From Acidobacteriota bacterium (lineage in GTDB: Bacteria > Acidobacteriota > Vicinamibacteria > Vicinamibacterales > CAVVIG01), in NCBI GenBank assembly GCA_020850715.1, contig JADZED010000080.1, forward strand, positions 4,524 through 68,523: 64,000 nt of DNA, written 5' to 3'. How positions within the stretch are numbered: the first letter of the stretch is position 1; each line of letters starts with the position of its first letter. This document shows positions 37,630-47,517 of this stretch, piece by piece. The notes under the pieces were generated by a model. It was not told the origin of the DNA. It did no database searches and was given only the letters and a program-made list of their open reading frames with translations. Position numbers and translations under genes: made by a program.

Positions 37630-38484
37630 TTATCTCAGGGTGAACGAGCCGGAATCGACGACTGCGCCGGTGTCCGAGATGGCCTCGAAGCTCAGCACCC
37701 CGCCGGCGAGCTCGACGAGCATGAAGTGGTTTCCGGTATCGAACGCCTTCGCCGTGAGCGCCGACGCCTCGATGTCGCCCTTCCGCAGCTTCGCCGCGCC
37801 TCCCGACACGAAGTAGTAGATCCCCTTCTGCGGCTTGATGCGTTCATAGACGTGATCGTGCCCTGCGAAGACCACGTCGACGCCGTACTTCAGGAGCAGC
37901 GGCTCGACCTGCGCGCGCAGCGCAAGATCGGACCCGTGGCGGCCGGCCGACGAGTAGAGCGGGTGGTGAAAGAAACAGATCTTCCAGTCCGATCCGCTGT
38001 CGGCGAGAGCCTTCTCGAACCAGTCGAGCTGCGCCCGATCCATGGCGTTGCTGTCGAGCGCGAAGATCCGGACGCCCGGCTGCGGCCGGAACGAGTAATA
38101 GCGCTCGCCGTTCATGTTGAAGCCCTTGTAGAAGCGCTCCTTCGGATCGTCGTGGTTGCCCAGCGCTGCGTAGAACCTCACGCCGGCGTCGAGCATCGGT
38201 TTGTAGGGAATCTCGAACGCCTTCCGATAGTCCTCCCGGTCGCTGCCAATGTAGAGGTTGTCGCCCAGCATCAGCACGAGCTCGTAGTGAAACGACCGGC
38301 GCGCGTCGGCGAGCGCTTTCGCGACCCGATACTGGGCCGGACCGCCGGTGCCGCTGTCGCCGATCACGGCGAACTTGAGGGAACCTTCCTGGTCGGGCAG
38401 GGTTGCTGGTGCGCCCGCGAGGCCGGCGGCGACGATCGACGCCACGAGCAGGACGAGCAGGTGAGACGTATGGCGGCAGCGCAT
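37630..38484 (-). CDS. secreted calcineurin-like metallophosphoesterase
   Basis: Signal peptide. Motifs GDSGTG, GDNLY, GNHD, FFHHP, GHDHVYER. Confidence 0.88.
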   Translation of the reverse strand: MRCRHTSHLLVLLVASIVAAGLAGAPATLPDQEGSLKFAVIGDSGTGGPAQYRVAKALADARRSFHYELVLMLGDNLYIGSDREDYRKAFEIPYKPMLDAGVRFYAALGNHDDPKERFYKGFNMNGERYYSFRPQPGVRIFALDSNAMDRAQLDWFEKALADSGSDWKICFFHHPLYSSAGRHGSDLALRAQVEPLLLKYGVDVVFAGHDHVYERIKPQKGIYYFVSGGAAKLRKGDIEASALTAKAFDTGNHFMLVELAGGVLSFEAISDTGAVVDSGSFTLR

Positions 38485-38654
38485 GGGGCGACCTCTCTCC
38501 CGGGGGGGGGGCGCTGGCAGGTGACCGCCGATCAGGGTAGCACGCGTCGCCGGGGGAGCGGGGCATCCTGACCGCCGGGGTGAAGGGCCGGCGGCAGGCG
38601 GACAGCGGGGACGAGGAGCGGCGCCCCGGCCGGGCAGCGGATCGGGCCACGAGA

Positions 38655-38834
38655 GTGGACCGCGCTCGCTGAAGTACCACCACTGGGACTACTACGGGCG
38701 GCGGCGGCGAAGGGGTGCCACCGCCGGGCGCCGGGCCGGCAGCCGTGACACGCGTTCTTCGGCGGGCACCCGGTGGGGCTGCTCGCGAAGAGAACCCTGC
38801 GCTCTGCGGTGCTGATTCAGCCGGGACGGTCCAC
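38655..38834 (+). repeat. copy A of a conserved about 180-nt intergenic element (candidate structured RNA or MITE-like repeat)
   Basis: Aligns with 54236-54409. Identical blocks GCTCGCTGAAGTACCACCAC (20 nt), ACGCGTTCTTCGGCGGGCA (19 nt), CCGGTGGGGCTG (12 nt). Termini GTGGACCG...CGGTCCAC are complementary. Confidence 0.8.
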
Positions 38835-38846
38835 TAGAATACAGGG

Positions 38847-40739
38847 ATGCGCAGACATCCTTCGTGCCTCCGGTCCATCGTCGCGGCGGTCCTGGTGGCC
38901 GCAGTCGGGCTCGGCGTCGCGGCGCAGGAACGCGACCGCGCCAGGATTCCCGACAAGTACAAGTGGAATCTCGCCGACATCTATCCCGACGACGCGGCGT
39001 GGCGCGCCGCCAAAGAGAAGACGGCGGGCGAGATCGGCGGGCTGAAATCGTACCAGGGCAGACTCGCGTCGTCGGCCCAGGTCCTCGCCGACGCGCTCGA
39101 GAGGATGTCGGCGCTCGACAAGGCGCTGTCGCGCGAGTACGTCTACGCGAGCCTGCTGGCGGATCAGGACACGCGCGATGCCGCCCGGCAGGGCATGAAG
39201 CAGGAAATGGTGCAGCTGTACTCGACCTTCGCGGCGCAGGCTGCGTTCATCGAGCCCGAGGTGCTGAAGGCGGATCGCGCGACGATCGATCGCTTCGTCG
39301 CCTCCGAGCCGCGGCTCGCCGTGTACAAGTTCTATCTGGCCGACATCGCGCGCCGCGCGGCGCACACGCTCAGCGAGCCGGAAGAGAAGCTGCTCGCGAG
39401 CGCCGGGCCCCTGGCGGGCGCCTCGTCGGACGCCTACAACATCCTGGCGAACGCCGACTTCCCCTATCCGACGATCACGCTGAGCGACGGCAAGCCGCAC
39501 AAGATCGATCAGGCGGCCTACGCCGATCTGCGCGCGCTGCCCGATCGCGGCGACCGGCAGAAGGTGATGTCGTCGTTCTTCGATGCGCTCGGCGGCTTCA
39601 GCGGCACGTTCGGCACGACGATGAGCGGCGAGGTGCAGAAGGTGCGCTTCTACGCGAATGCGCGGAAGTATCCGTCCGATCTTGCGCTCGCGCTCGACGG
39701 TCCGAACATCCCGCTCTCGGTCTACACGCGTCTGGTCGAAGGCGTGAACCGGAACCTGCCGGCCTTCCACCGCTACCTCCAGCTGCGCAGGCGGATGATG
39801 GGCGTCTCCGAGCTGCACTACTACGATCTCTACGCGCCGCTGGTCGATTCGGTGAAGCTCGAGTACACGCCGGAGGAGGCCGAGCAGCACGTGCTTGCCG
39901 CGATGAAGCCCCTGGGCGACGAGTACGTGACCACGCTGAAGAAGGCGTTCGACGAACGCTGGATCGATCTGCTGCCGAGCGAGGGCAAGCGATCCGGCGC
40001 CTACTCGGACGGCGGCGCGTACGACGTCCATCCCTACATGCTGATCAATTTCAACGGCAAGTACGCCGACGTCAGCACGCTTGCGCACGAGCTCGGGCAC
40101 ACGATGCAGAGCTACTTCTCCAACAAGGCGCAGCCGTACCCGCTGGCGAACTATCCGATCTTCGTCGCCGAGGTGGCATCCACCTTCAACGAGTCGCTGC
40201 TGATCGACCACATGCTGGCGAGCATCGACGACGACGACGCGCGGCTGTCGCTGCTGGGGAACTACCTGGAGAACATCAAGGGCACCGTGTTCCGCCAGGC
40301 GCAGTTCGCGGAGTTCGAGCTGAAGATGCACGAAATGGCGGAGAAGGGGCAGCCGATTGTCGGCGACGCGCTCGCGAAGCTGTACCTGGACATCACCCGG
40401 CGCTACTACGGCAGCGATCAAGGCGTCTGCATCGTGGACGACTACATCCAGCACGAGTGGAGCTACATCCCCCACTTTTACCGCGACTTCTACGTCTATC
40501 AGTACGCAACCTCGTTCACGGCGTCGCTGGCGCTGGCCGAGAAGGTGAAGTCGGGCGACGCGGCCGCCACCAGGCGCTACCTCGATTTCCTGCACGCCGG
40601 CGGATCGAAGTACCCGATCGACCTCTTGAAGGAGGCGGGCGTCGACATGACGACCGACGAGCCGCTGGAGCTGACGGTGAAGGCGATGAACCGGGTGATG
40701 GACGAGATGGAGCAGATCCTGGCGAAGAAGGGGAAGTAG
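38847..40739 (+). CDS. pepF: secreted M3B oligoendopeptidase F
   Basis: Signal peptide SIVAAVLVAAVGLGVAAQ. HELGH zinc motif. About 630 aa, typical for PepF. TAGAAT box 6 nt upstream of the ATG. Confidence 0.88.
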   Translation: MRRHPSCLRSIVAAVLVAAVGLGVAAQERDRARIPDKYKWNLADIYPDDAAWRAAKEKTAGEIGGLKSYQGRLASSAQVLADALERMSALDKALSREYVYASLLADQDTRDAARQGMKQEMVQLYSTFAAQAAFIEPEVLKADRATIDRFVASEPRLAVYKFYLADIARRAAHTLSEPEEKLLASAGPLAGASSDAYNILANADFPYPTITLSDGKPHKIDQAAYADLRALPDRGDRQKVMSSFFDALGGFSGTFGTTMSGEVQKVRFYANARKYPSDLALALDGPNIPLSVYTRLVEGVNRNLPAFHRYLQLRRRMMGVSELHYYDLYAPLVDSVKLEYTPEEAEQHVLAAMKPLGDEYVTTLKKAFDERWIDLLPSEGKRSGAYSDGGAYDVHPYMLINFNGKYADVSTLAHELGHTMQSYFSNKAQPYPLANYPIFVAEVASTFNESLLIDHMLASIDDDDARLSLLGNYLENIKGTVFRQAQFAEFELKMHEMAEKGQPIVGDALAKLYLDITRRYYGSDQGVCIVDDYIQHEWSYIPHFYRDFYVYQYATSFTASLALAEKVKSGDAAATRRYLDFLHAGGSKYPIDLLKEAGVDMTTDEPLELTVKAMNRVMDEMEQILAKKGK

Positions 40740-40762
40740 GGCCGGGATCGGAGGAGCAGCGC

Positions 40763-41683
40763 ATGAGAGCAGCGATGATCGGCGCCGCGGCGGCGCTTCT
40801 CCTGGCCGGCGGCACCTCCGTGCTGGCGCAGGGCGGCCCCGACTACAGCCAGATCGAGATCAAGACGACGAAGGTCGGCGGCAGCCTCTTCGTGCTCGAA
40901 GGGATCGGCGGCAACATGGGCGGCAACATCAGCGTGCTGGCCGGGCCCGACGGCGCGTTCATGGTCGACGCCGCGTTCGCGCCGCTCAGCGCGAAGATCC
41001 TCGCGGCGGTCAAGGCGGTTCAGCCCGACGGTCGCATCCGCTTCCTGGTCAACACCCATCTGCACGGCGACCACACCGGCGGGAACGAGAACATGGCCCG
41101 GGCGGGCGCCACGCTCCTCTCGCGCGAGAGCCTCCGCAGGCGGCTCGCGACTCCAGGCCCCACGGCCAGCGGGCAGCCTGGCACGCCGGCGCCCGCGGCG
41201 GCGCTGGCCGTCCTCACCTACGACGCCCCGGTCACGGTACACGTCAACGGCGACGACGTGCAGCTCATCCCGGTGCCGAACGCCCACACCGACGGCGACA
41301 CGATGATCTACTTCCCGTCGGTCCACGCGCTTGCGGTCGGCGACTTCTACCGCTCGACCGGGTACCCGAACATCGACCGCAGCAACGGCGGCACGATGGA
41401 CGGCATGCTCGCCGGTTTCGAGGCGATTGCCAGGGTGGGTGGGCCGGACCTGACGATCATCCCCGGCCACGGCCCCCTCGTCGGCAAGGCGCAGGTGGCG
41501 GCGCACAGGGCGATGATGATGGCGGTGCGCGACAAGGTGGCCGCGCTGATCGAGGCGGGGAAGACTCAGGAAGAGGTGGTCGCCGCGAAGCCGACCGCGG
41601 AGTTCGACGCGAAGGTCCCCGGCGCGACGCCGCAGAGCGCCGACCGGTTCGTCGCGCAGGTGTATCAGGAACTGAAGAAATAG
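40763..41683 (+). CDS. secreted MBL-fold metallo-hydrolase
   Basis: RBS GGAGGAG. Signal peptide. HLHGDH (HxHxDH) motif. Confidence 0.85.
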   Translation: MRAAMIGAAAALLLAGGTSVLAQGGPDYSQIEIKTTKVGGSLFVLEGIGGNMGGNISVLAGPDGAFMVDAAFAPLSAKILAAVKAVQPDGRIRFLVNTHLHGDHTGGNENMARAGATLLSRESLRRRLATPGPTASGQPGTPAPAAALAVLTYDAPVTVHVNGDDVQLIPVPNAHTDGDTMIYFPSVHALAVGDFYRSTGYPNIDRSNGGTMDGMLAGFEAIARVGGPDLTIIPGHGPLVGKAQVAAHRAMMMAVRDKVAALIEAGKTQEEVVAAKPTAEFDAKVPGATPQSADRFVAQVYQELKK

Positions 41684-41708
41684 GCGGGAGGGGCCGCCCC
41701 CTCCCGCC
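41683..41708. terminator. 11-bp perfect GC hairpin between convergent genes; a U-rich tract follows only on the minus strand
   Basis: GGCGGGAGGGG (41683-41693), loop CCGC, CCCCTCCCGCC (41698-41708). The minus-strand continuation reads TATTTCTTCAG. Confidence 0.5.
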
Positions 41709-41717
41709 CGTCCCGCC

Positions 41718-44069
41718 CTAGAAGCTGAACATCTGCGTGAACTTCACGATCAGCCCTCGCCCGGCGACCGGCGGAGCGTCGGTGCCGGCGAGAAGCGGCG
41801 CCCCGTCGGTGAACCGCTGATCGTTGTAGACGATGTACAGATCGCTCAGCGGGTGGTGGATGAAGTTGAACCGGATGTTCGAGTTGACCCGGTGCGTCGC
41901 CTGCTCGAACTGGATCAGCGCGTCGACGAACATGTTGGTCGTGAACGAGTAGTTCGTCCGGTTGGTCACGATCACGCGCAGCGCGTTCTGGGGCGCGGCG
42001 GGATCGTCGACGGTCAGCCGCGTGCGCTGCGCGCTGAGCGTCGTCCGGAACCGGTAGCTCGGCTTCAGCGTGAGGTTCGCGCTGATCGTCTGCTCGTCCG
42101 CGATCCAGTTGGTGCCGACCGTCGTCGTCAGGCCGCCCGAGAAGAGACGCGACGGATCGCTGCTGTAGTTCACGCGGAAGTTGTTGGTCCGGAAGGTGCC
42201 CGCGGGCACGCGGATGCCGGAGATCGTCTGCGGCGCAAACAGCGTGTCGCCCCCGGGGTTCATCGAGAACTCGAGCGAGGAGCCGCTGTTGCCGTAGATG
42301 GAGAAGGCCGTGTGCAGATTGCGCGCGAAATAGCGCCCCTCCATGTCGGTGAAGTAGTTCCAGGTCAGGTGCGGCTGCAGTTCGCGGATGCCGTACTTGT
42401 TGAGCGCCTTCGGCCTTGGACGCATGCCGGTGTCGAGGATGTACTTGCGGATGCCGAGGCGGCGGTAGTAGCCGAGCTCGTCGTTGAAGTCCTTGCCGAT
42501 CGTGACCATCGTGCCGTTGCTGTAGTACTTCCGTCCCTCGAACAGGTACGACGCGCGCAACGACGACTGATCCCACCGGGTGCTGCCCGCCTTGCGCAGC
42601 GGGTTGCCCGCGCCCGTCAGCGTGTTGAAGTAGGACGCGCTCGTATCCACCCGGCCGAAGAGCCGGATGTTCGTATCGATGCCGACCACCCGGTTGTAGT
42701 CGCCCGACGCGTCGGTGTTCTGCCGCTGCATCAGGATGCCGCCGAAGAAGGCGGTGTTGTTCAGCACGCCCTTGCGGAGGCGCGCCACCGTGTAGTGGTT
42801 GTTCGGCGACGACGCGGTGTCCTTCACCTGGACCGAGAGCACGCCGATGCCGAGGCCGCCGGCCTGGCCGGTGAGGCGCGCGCCCGCCAGAATCGGGATC
42901 GGCTGCCCATCGTCGGTGAGGCCGATGCGCCGGCTGTGGAAGTAGTACAGGTCGGTATCGGCGCGCGCCGCCGTGGTCACCTGGTTGCCGACGAGCGCGC
43001 GCGAGGCGTCGCCGACGTAGAAGACGCCCGAGTTCTCGAGGAAGAAGTCGCGCTTTTCCGGATAGAACAGATCGAACTGCGTCAGGTTGACCTGCTGCTG
43101 GTCGGCTTCGGCCTGGGCGAAGTCGGGGTTCACCATCACGTCGAGCGTGAGCGACGAGCTGACGCCGTACTTCAGGTCCAGGCCGATGTCGCCGTCGCCG
43201 GCGAACGCCGGCGCGGGCACCGCTCTGGACCCGGTGGGCCTGACGCTGCTGGCGAGCACGTAGGGCTTGATGCGCAGGTTCCGGCTCGGCATGCGCGCCG
43301 GAATGCCTTCGAGATCGCCGGCCAGCGAGACGCGGCTGATCTTGAACTGCCGCGGCACGAGCGACCAGTAGGTGACTTCGTTGACCCGGCGCAGCCGGCG
43401 GCTGAAGTTGATCCCCCAGACCTTCTCCACGCCTCCCTCGAACCGGAGCGAGCGGAACGGGATGCCCATCTCGATTGTCCAGCCCTGGTCCACCTTGCGC
43501 GTGCGTACGTTCCAGACGGCATCCCAGCTCGTGTTGACCTCGCGTCCCTCGTTGGTCACCTGGGAGTCGGAGCGGGCGCCCTCGGGATTGGTGGCGAAAA
43601 TGAAGCCGTTGTTGTGATCGCCGAACGTGTCGATGATCACTTCGAAGGTGTCCTGATCCCCCGTCCCGAAGTCCTTGCGGATGTCGGTGATCACCAGCGG
43701 GCTGTCGTCGCGGCAGAACGCCGCAATGTACAGGTTGTTCTGGTCGTACGCGATGCGCACCTCGGTCTGCTGCGTCGCCGGCTGGCCCTCGGCCGGCTCG
43801 CTCTGCAGGAACCCGCTCACCGGCGTCGCGTGCTCCCACGCCTCGTCATCGAGGGCGCCGTCCACACGGATGCCTCCCGACGCTTCGACGGCGGTCAGGA
43901 CGAGGCGGCCGTCGCTCGAGCGGACGGCGGTCGCTCCCCCGCTGCCGGCGCCGGCGTCCGGCGCCGGCGAGCCCTGCGGGGCGGATGGGGCGGCGCTCTG
44001 CGCGCGCGCGGGCGCGGCGAGCGGGAGCGCGAGTGCGGTCATGAGAACGGCAGCTGATCTGAGACGCAC
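41718..44069 (-). CDS. CBM9-like/DUF5916 predicted outer-membrane protein, paralog 1
   Basis: RBS GGAGGA then GTG 44069. Signal peptide ..LMTALALPLAAPARAQS. Shared family blocks (see findings). C-terminal ...KFTQMFSF. Confidence 0.8.
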   Translation of the reverse strand: MRLRSAAVLMTALALPLAAPARAQSAAPSAPQGSPAPDAGAGSGGATAVRSSDGRLVLTAVEASGGIRVDGALDDEAWEHATPVSGFLQSEPAEGQPATQQTEVRIAYDQNNLYIAAFCRDDSPLVITDIRKDFGTGDQDTFEVIIDTFGDHNNGFIFATNPEGARSDSQVTNEGREVNTSWDAVWNVRTRKVDQGWTIEMGIPFRSLRFEGGVEKVWGINFSRRLRRVNEVTYWSLVPRQFKISRVSLAGDLEGIPARMPSRNLRIKPYVLASSVRPTGSRAVPAPAFAGDGDIGLDLKYGVSSSLTLDVMVNPDFAQAEADQQQVNLTQFDLFYPEKRDFFLENSGVFYVGDASRALVGNQVTTAARADTDLYYFHSRRIGLTDDGQPIPILAGARLTGQAGGLGIGVLSVQVKDTASSPNNHYTVARLRKGVLNNTAFFGGILMQRQNTDASGDYNRVVGIDTNIRLFGRVDTSASYFNTLTGAGNPLRKAGSTRWDQSSLRASYLFEGRKYYSNGTMVTIGKDFNDELGYYRRLGIRKYILDTGMRPRPKALNKYGIRELQPHLTWNYFTDMEGRYFARNLHTAFSIYGNSGSSLEFSMNPGGDTLFAPQTISGIRVPAGTFRTNNFRVNYSSDPSRLFSGGLTTTVGTNWIADEQTISANLTLKPSYRFRTTLSAQRTRLTVDDPAAPQNALRVIVTNRTNYSFTTNMFVDALIQFEQATHRVNSNIRFNFIHHPLSDLYIVYNDQRFTDGAPLLAGTDAPPVAGRGLIVKFTQMFSF

Positions 44070-44188
44070 GGGAATCCTCCGGAGCGGGGCCGGTGACACG
44101 GCCGGGAAAATGAGCGACACAGTATACGCGGAGGACAAGACCGGGTGAGGGTGGGCCGCCGGAAATTTCGACGCGCCGGCCGCCGCAT

Positions 44189-44221
44189 CCAAAATAACCG
44201 CGGCATCCGACGATGCCGCGG
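44189..44221 (-). terminator. rho-independent terminator after the D-aminoacylase gene
   Basis: Minus strand reads CCGCGGCATC-GTCG-GATGCCGCGG (10-bp perfect stem) followed by TTATTTTGG. Confidence 0.65.
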
Positions 44222-44285
44222 CTCAGGAGGCGGGGCCGGGAACGAGGCGGCGATGCCGCATTTCCCGGCAGAGCCACGGGAACGG

Positions 44286-45950
44286 CTACTGGCCGGATGT
44301 GGCGGCCCTCGCCGCTTTGTACCCGGGGCCGAGAATCGCCCTGCCGGGGCGCGCGCCGGTGTGCTCGCCCTTGTCGATCACGAGCACGCCGTTGACCAGC
44401 ACGTACGGCACTCCCCTGGCATACGACTTCGGCTTCTCGTAGGTGTTCGTGTCGCCCACCGTCTTCGGATCGAAGACGACGATGTCGGCGGCGAAGCCCT
44501 CGCGGAGCTGGCCGCGGTCGCGGAGCCCGAGGACCTGCGCCGGGAGCGAGGTCATCTTGCGCACGGCGTCCTCGAGCGTGAGCAGGTGCTCTTCGCGCAC
44601 GTACTTGCCGAGCACGCGGACGTTGGTGCCGTAGTTGCGCGGGTGGGGCACCCCCGCCGCCTGCAGGTTGATCGCGGAGCCGTCACTGGCCGGCGACACC
44701 CACGGCTGGCTCAACACCAGCTTGACGTTCTCCTCAGACTGGTTGTGAAACACTCCGCTGATGCCGCCGCCGTCGTCGGCCATCAGGTCGAGGAAGGTAT
44801 CGGCCGGGTCGGCGTCGCCGCGCGCCTTGGCGATCGCCGCCACGCTCATGCCCTCGTACTCGCTGTTCTTGGGGGTCCGGGCGCGGGCCATGACGACGCC
44901 TTCCCACCCGCCGTGCTCTTCCATCCAGGCGATGAAGTCGGGATCGGCCTTGATCCTCGGCCGCAGCGACTTGTCGCGGAGCCGCTCGGCGTACTTCTCG
45001 GGCCCGCCCTCGCGGACCCACAGGGGCACGATCGAGCTCCAGCCGTGGCTCATCGCGCCGTACGGATAGACGTTCGCCGTGACGTCGAAGCCGCTGTCCC
45101 GCACGGCCTGCACCTGCCGGACGTACTCGGGCATCTTCGGCCACAGCTTCTCGCCGCGGATCTTGAAGTGCAGGACGTGAACGGGAATGTTGACCTCTCT
45201 GGCGACCCGCAGCGCGAAATCGAGCTCCTTCTGCTGCTCGTACCCTTCGCTGCCGATGTGGGAGGCGTAGTGGCTGCCCGGGTACCGCGCGGCCACCTTC
45301 GCGAGCTCAATCACCTCGTCGGGATGCTCCGGGCCGCCGCTCTCGAAGCGTCCCATGAGGCCGACGGCGCCTTCCTCCATCGTTCGCGCGACGAGCTGCT
45401 TCATCCGTTCGAGCTGCGCCGGGCTCGCGGGGCCCGTGTCGTAGCCCATCACGACGCGGCGCACCTGCCCCTCTGAGACGTACGAGGCGATGTTCATCGA
45501 GACGCCGGCTTTTTCGAGCTTCTGGAAATAGCCCGTCAGAGTGGTCCAGTCCTGGTCGCCCTCGGCCTTCAGGCCGTCGCGCGGTGCCACGGAGCTGCCT
45601 TCGCCGATGACGTCCAGCGTGACGCCCTGGCGGATCTTGCTCTGCGCGGTTCCGTCTGCGACGACGGCCATGTCCGAGTGGGTGTGCATGTCGATGAACC
45701 CGGGCGCGACCACGAGTCCTTTGGCGTCGATGATGCGGGTCGCCGCGGCACCGGCGAGGTGGCCGACGCCGGCGATGCGGCCGTTCTTCACGGCCACGTC
45801 ACCATAGAAATAAGGGTTCCCGGTGCCGTCGACGACCTGGGCACCGCGGATCAGCACGTCGTAGGCGGCGCCTTGCGCCGCAAGCGTCCAGCCGCCGAAT
45901 CCGACGGCGGCCGCGGCCAACGCGATCGCGAGTGTCTTTCTGCCAGTCAT
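44286..45950 (-). CDS. secreted N-acyl-D-amino-acid deacylase (D-aminoacylase) family amidohydrolase
   Basis: RBS AAGGAG, ATG 45950. Signal peptide. [15 protein letters not shown]...[11 protein letters not shown] metal-binding HxH block typical of the family. Confidence 0.8.
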   Translation of the reverse strand: MTGRKTLAIALAAAAVGFGGWTLAAQGAAYDVLIRGAQVVDGTGNPYFYGDVAVKNGRIAGVGHLAGAAATRIIDAKGLVVAPGFIDMHTHSDMAVVADGTAQSKIRQGVTLDVIGEGSSVAPRDGLKAEGDQDWTTLTGYFQKLEKAGVSMNIASYVSEGQVRRVVMGYDTGPASPAQLERMKQLVARTMEEGAVGLMGRFESGGPEHPDEVIELAKVAARYPGSHYASHIGSEGYEQQKELDFALRVAREVNIPVHVLHFKIRGEKLWPKMPEYVRQVQAVRDSGFDVTANVYPYGAMSHGWSSIVPLWVREGGPEKYAERLRDKSLRPRIKADPDFIAWMEEHGGWEGVVMARARTPKNSEYEGMSVAAIAKARGDADPADTFLDLMADDGGGISGVFHNQSEENVKLVLSQPWVSPASDGSAINLQAAGVPHPRNYGTNVRVLGKYVREEHLLTLEDAVRKMTSLPAQVLGLRDRGQLREGFAADIVVFDPKTVGDTNTYEKPKSYARGVPYVLVNGVLVIDKGEHTGARPGRAILGPGYKAARAATSGQ

Positions 45951-46008
45951 GACGCAAGCTCCTTTGAGTCCGCCGCGGGGGGGAAGATACACCCGCGCAG
46001 TCCGGGAT

Positions 46009-47385
46009 TCAACACTCGACGATATTGACCGCCAGACCTCCGCGCGCCGTCTCCTTGTAGTTGCTGCTCATGTCGGCGCCGGTCCGCCGCATCGTGTCGA
46101 TGACCTTGTCGAGCGACACGTGGTGCGTGCCGTCCCCCTGCATCGCGAGCCGGGCGGCGTTGATGGCCTTCACGGCGCCCATCGCGTTGCGCTCGATGCA
46201 GGGCACCTGGACCAGGCCGCCGATCGGATCGCAGGTCAGGCCGAGGTTGTGCTCCATGCCGATTTCGGCGGCGTTTTCGAGCTGGCCCGGCGTGCCACCC
46301 AGGGCGTCGACCAGGGCGCCGGCCGCCATCGAGCAGGCGACGCCCACCTCACCCTGGCACCCGACCTCGGCGCCGCTGATCGACGCGTTCTTCTTGTACA
46401 GCGAGGCAATCGCCGCCGCCGCCAGGAGGAACCGGATCGTCCCCTCGTCGCCGGCATTGGGAATGAAGCGGCGGTAGTAGGTCAGCACCGCCGGGACGAT
46501 GCCGGCCGCGCCGTTGGTCGGTGCGGTGACCACGCGGCCGCCCGCCGCGTTCTCTTCGTTGACGGCCAGCGCGAACAGGTTGACCCAATCCATGACGGCG
46601 AGCGGATCGACCGCGCCGCGGACGTCGGCGCTCAGCCGCCGGTGGAGCGCGGCGGCGCGCCGCCGCACGCGGAGGCCGCCCGGCAGGATGCCCTCGCGCT
46701 CGCAGCCGCGACGGACGCACCCGTCCATCGCGTGCCAGATCCCGAGAAGATCTCGCCGCACATCGGCCGCCGGCGCGTGCGCCGTCTCGTTGGCGAGCAT
46801 CAGCGACGACACCGCCAGTCCGTGCTCGGCACAGAGGCGCAGCAGCTGTTCGCCCGACTCGAACGGATACGGCACTGCAGCGTCCCGCGCCGGGCCGGCG
46901 TCGGCGGCGCCGCCCGCGTGATCGACGAGGAAGCCGCCGCCGACCGAATAGTAGATGCGCTCCGCGAGGATGGCGCCCGGCGCGTCCAGCGCGGTGAAGC
47001 GCATGCCGTTGGGATGGAGCGGCAGGCTCTCGGCGCGGTTGAACACGATCGCCTCCGACGGGTCGAAGACGACCTCCTGCCCGCCGGCCAGCGTCAGACG
47101 TTTGCGCTGCGCGATCGCCAGCAGCCGCAGCGGGATCGCGTCGACGTCGACCGTCGCCGGATCCTCCCCCTCGAGTCCGAGCACGATCGCCTTGTCGCTG
47201 CCGTGGCCCCGGCCGGTGAATCCGAGGCTGCCGTACAGCTCCACGCGCACCGCGGCGGTCTGCGCGAGCAGATCGCCGGCCGCCAGTCCCTCGGCAAAGC
47301 GGCGGGCGGCGCGCATCGGGCCGACCGTGTGGGAGCTGGAAGGACCGATGCCGATCTTGAAGATCTCGAAGACGCTGATGTGCAC
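46009..47385 (-). CDS. sdaA: L-serine ammonia-lyase (Fe-S dependent, single chain)
   Basis: GTG 47385 gives [23 protein letters not shown], the hallmark N-terminus. 458 aa. Confidence 0.9.
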   Translation of the reverse strand: MHISVFEIFKIGIGPSSSHTVGPMRAARRFAEGLAAGDLLAQTAAVRVELYGSLGFTGRGHGSDKAIVLGLEGEDPATVDVDAIPLRLLAIAQRKRLTLAGGQEVVFDPSEAIVFNRAESLPLHPNGMRFTALDAPGAILAERIYYSVGGGFLVDHAGGAADAGPARDAAVPYPFESGEQLLRLCAEHGLAVSSLMLANETAHAPAADVRRDLLGIWHAMDGCVRRGCEREGILPGGLRVRRRAAALHRRLSADVRGAVDPLAVMDWVNLFALAVNEENAAGGRVVTAPTNGAAGIVPAVLTYYRRFIPNAGDEGTIRFLLAAAAIASLYKKNASISGAEVGCQGEVGVACSMAAGALVDALGGTPGQLENAAEIGMEHNLGLTCDPIGGLVQVPCIERNAMGAVKAINAARLAMQGDGTHHVSLDKVIDTMRRTGADMSSNYKETARGGLAVNIVEC

Positions 47386-47517
47386 GCCGGAGCATTGTAC
47401 CGGTACGCGCGCGCGGCGGCGGGGGCTGCCGCCGCCGCGGAAATCGAGATGCTCGCGTCGCTCCGGTTCCGGCGCTCGCGGGCGAGGCGCGCGCACGGCG
47501 CCCGCGGGCGCCAGGCG

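Noticed and set aside
38656-38748. A short ORF inside the repeated element (WT(A/V)LAEVPP... ending at a conserved TGA; the length difference between copies is a multiple of 3).
   Set aside because: There is no start codon in copy A, and two in-frame stops lie just upstream. The GTG present in copy B is GCG in copy A.
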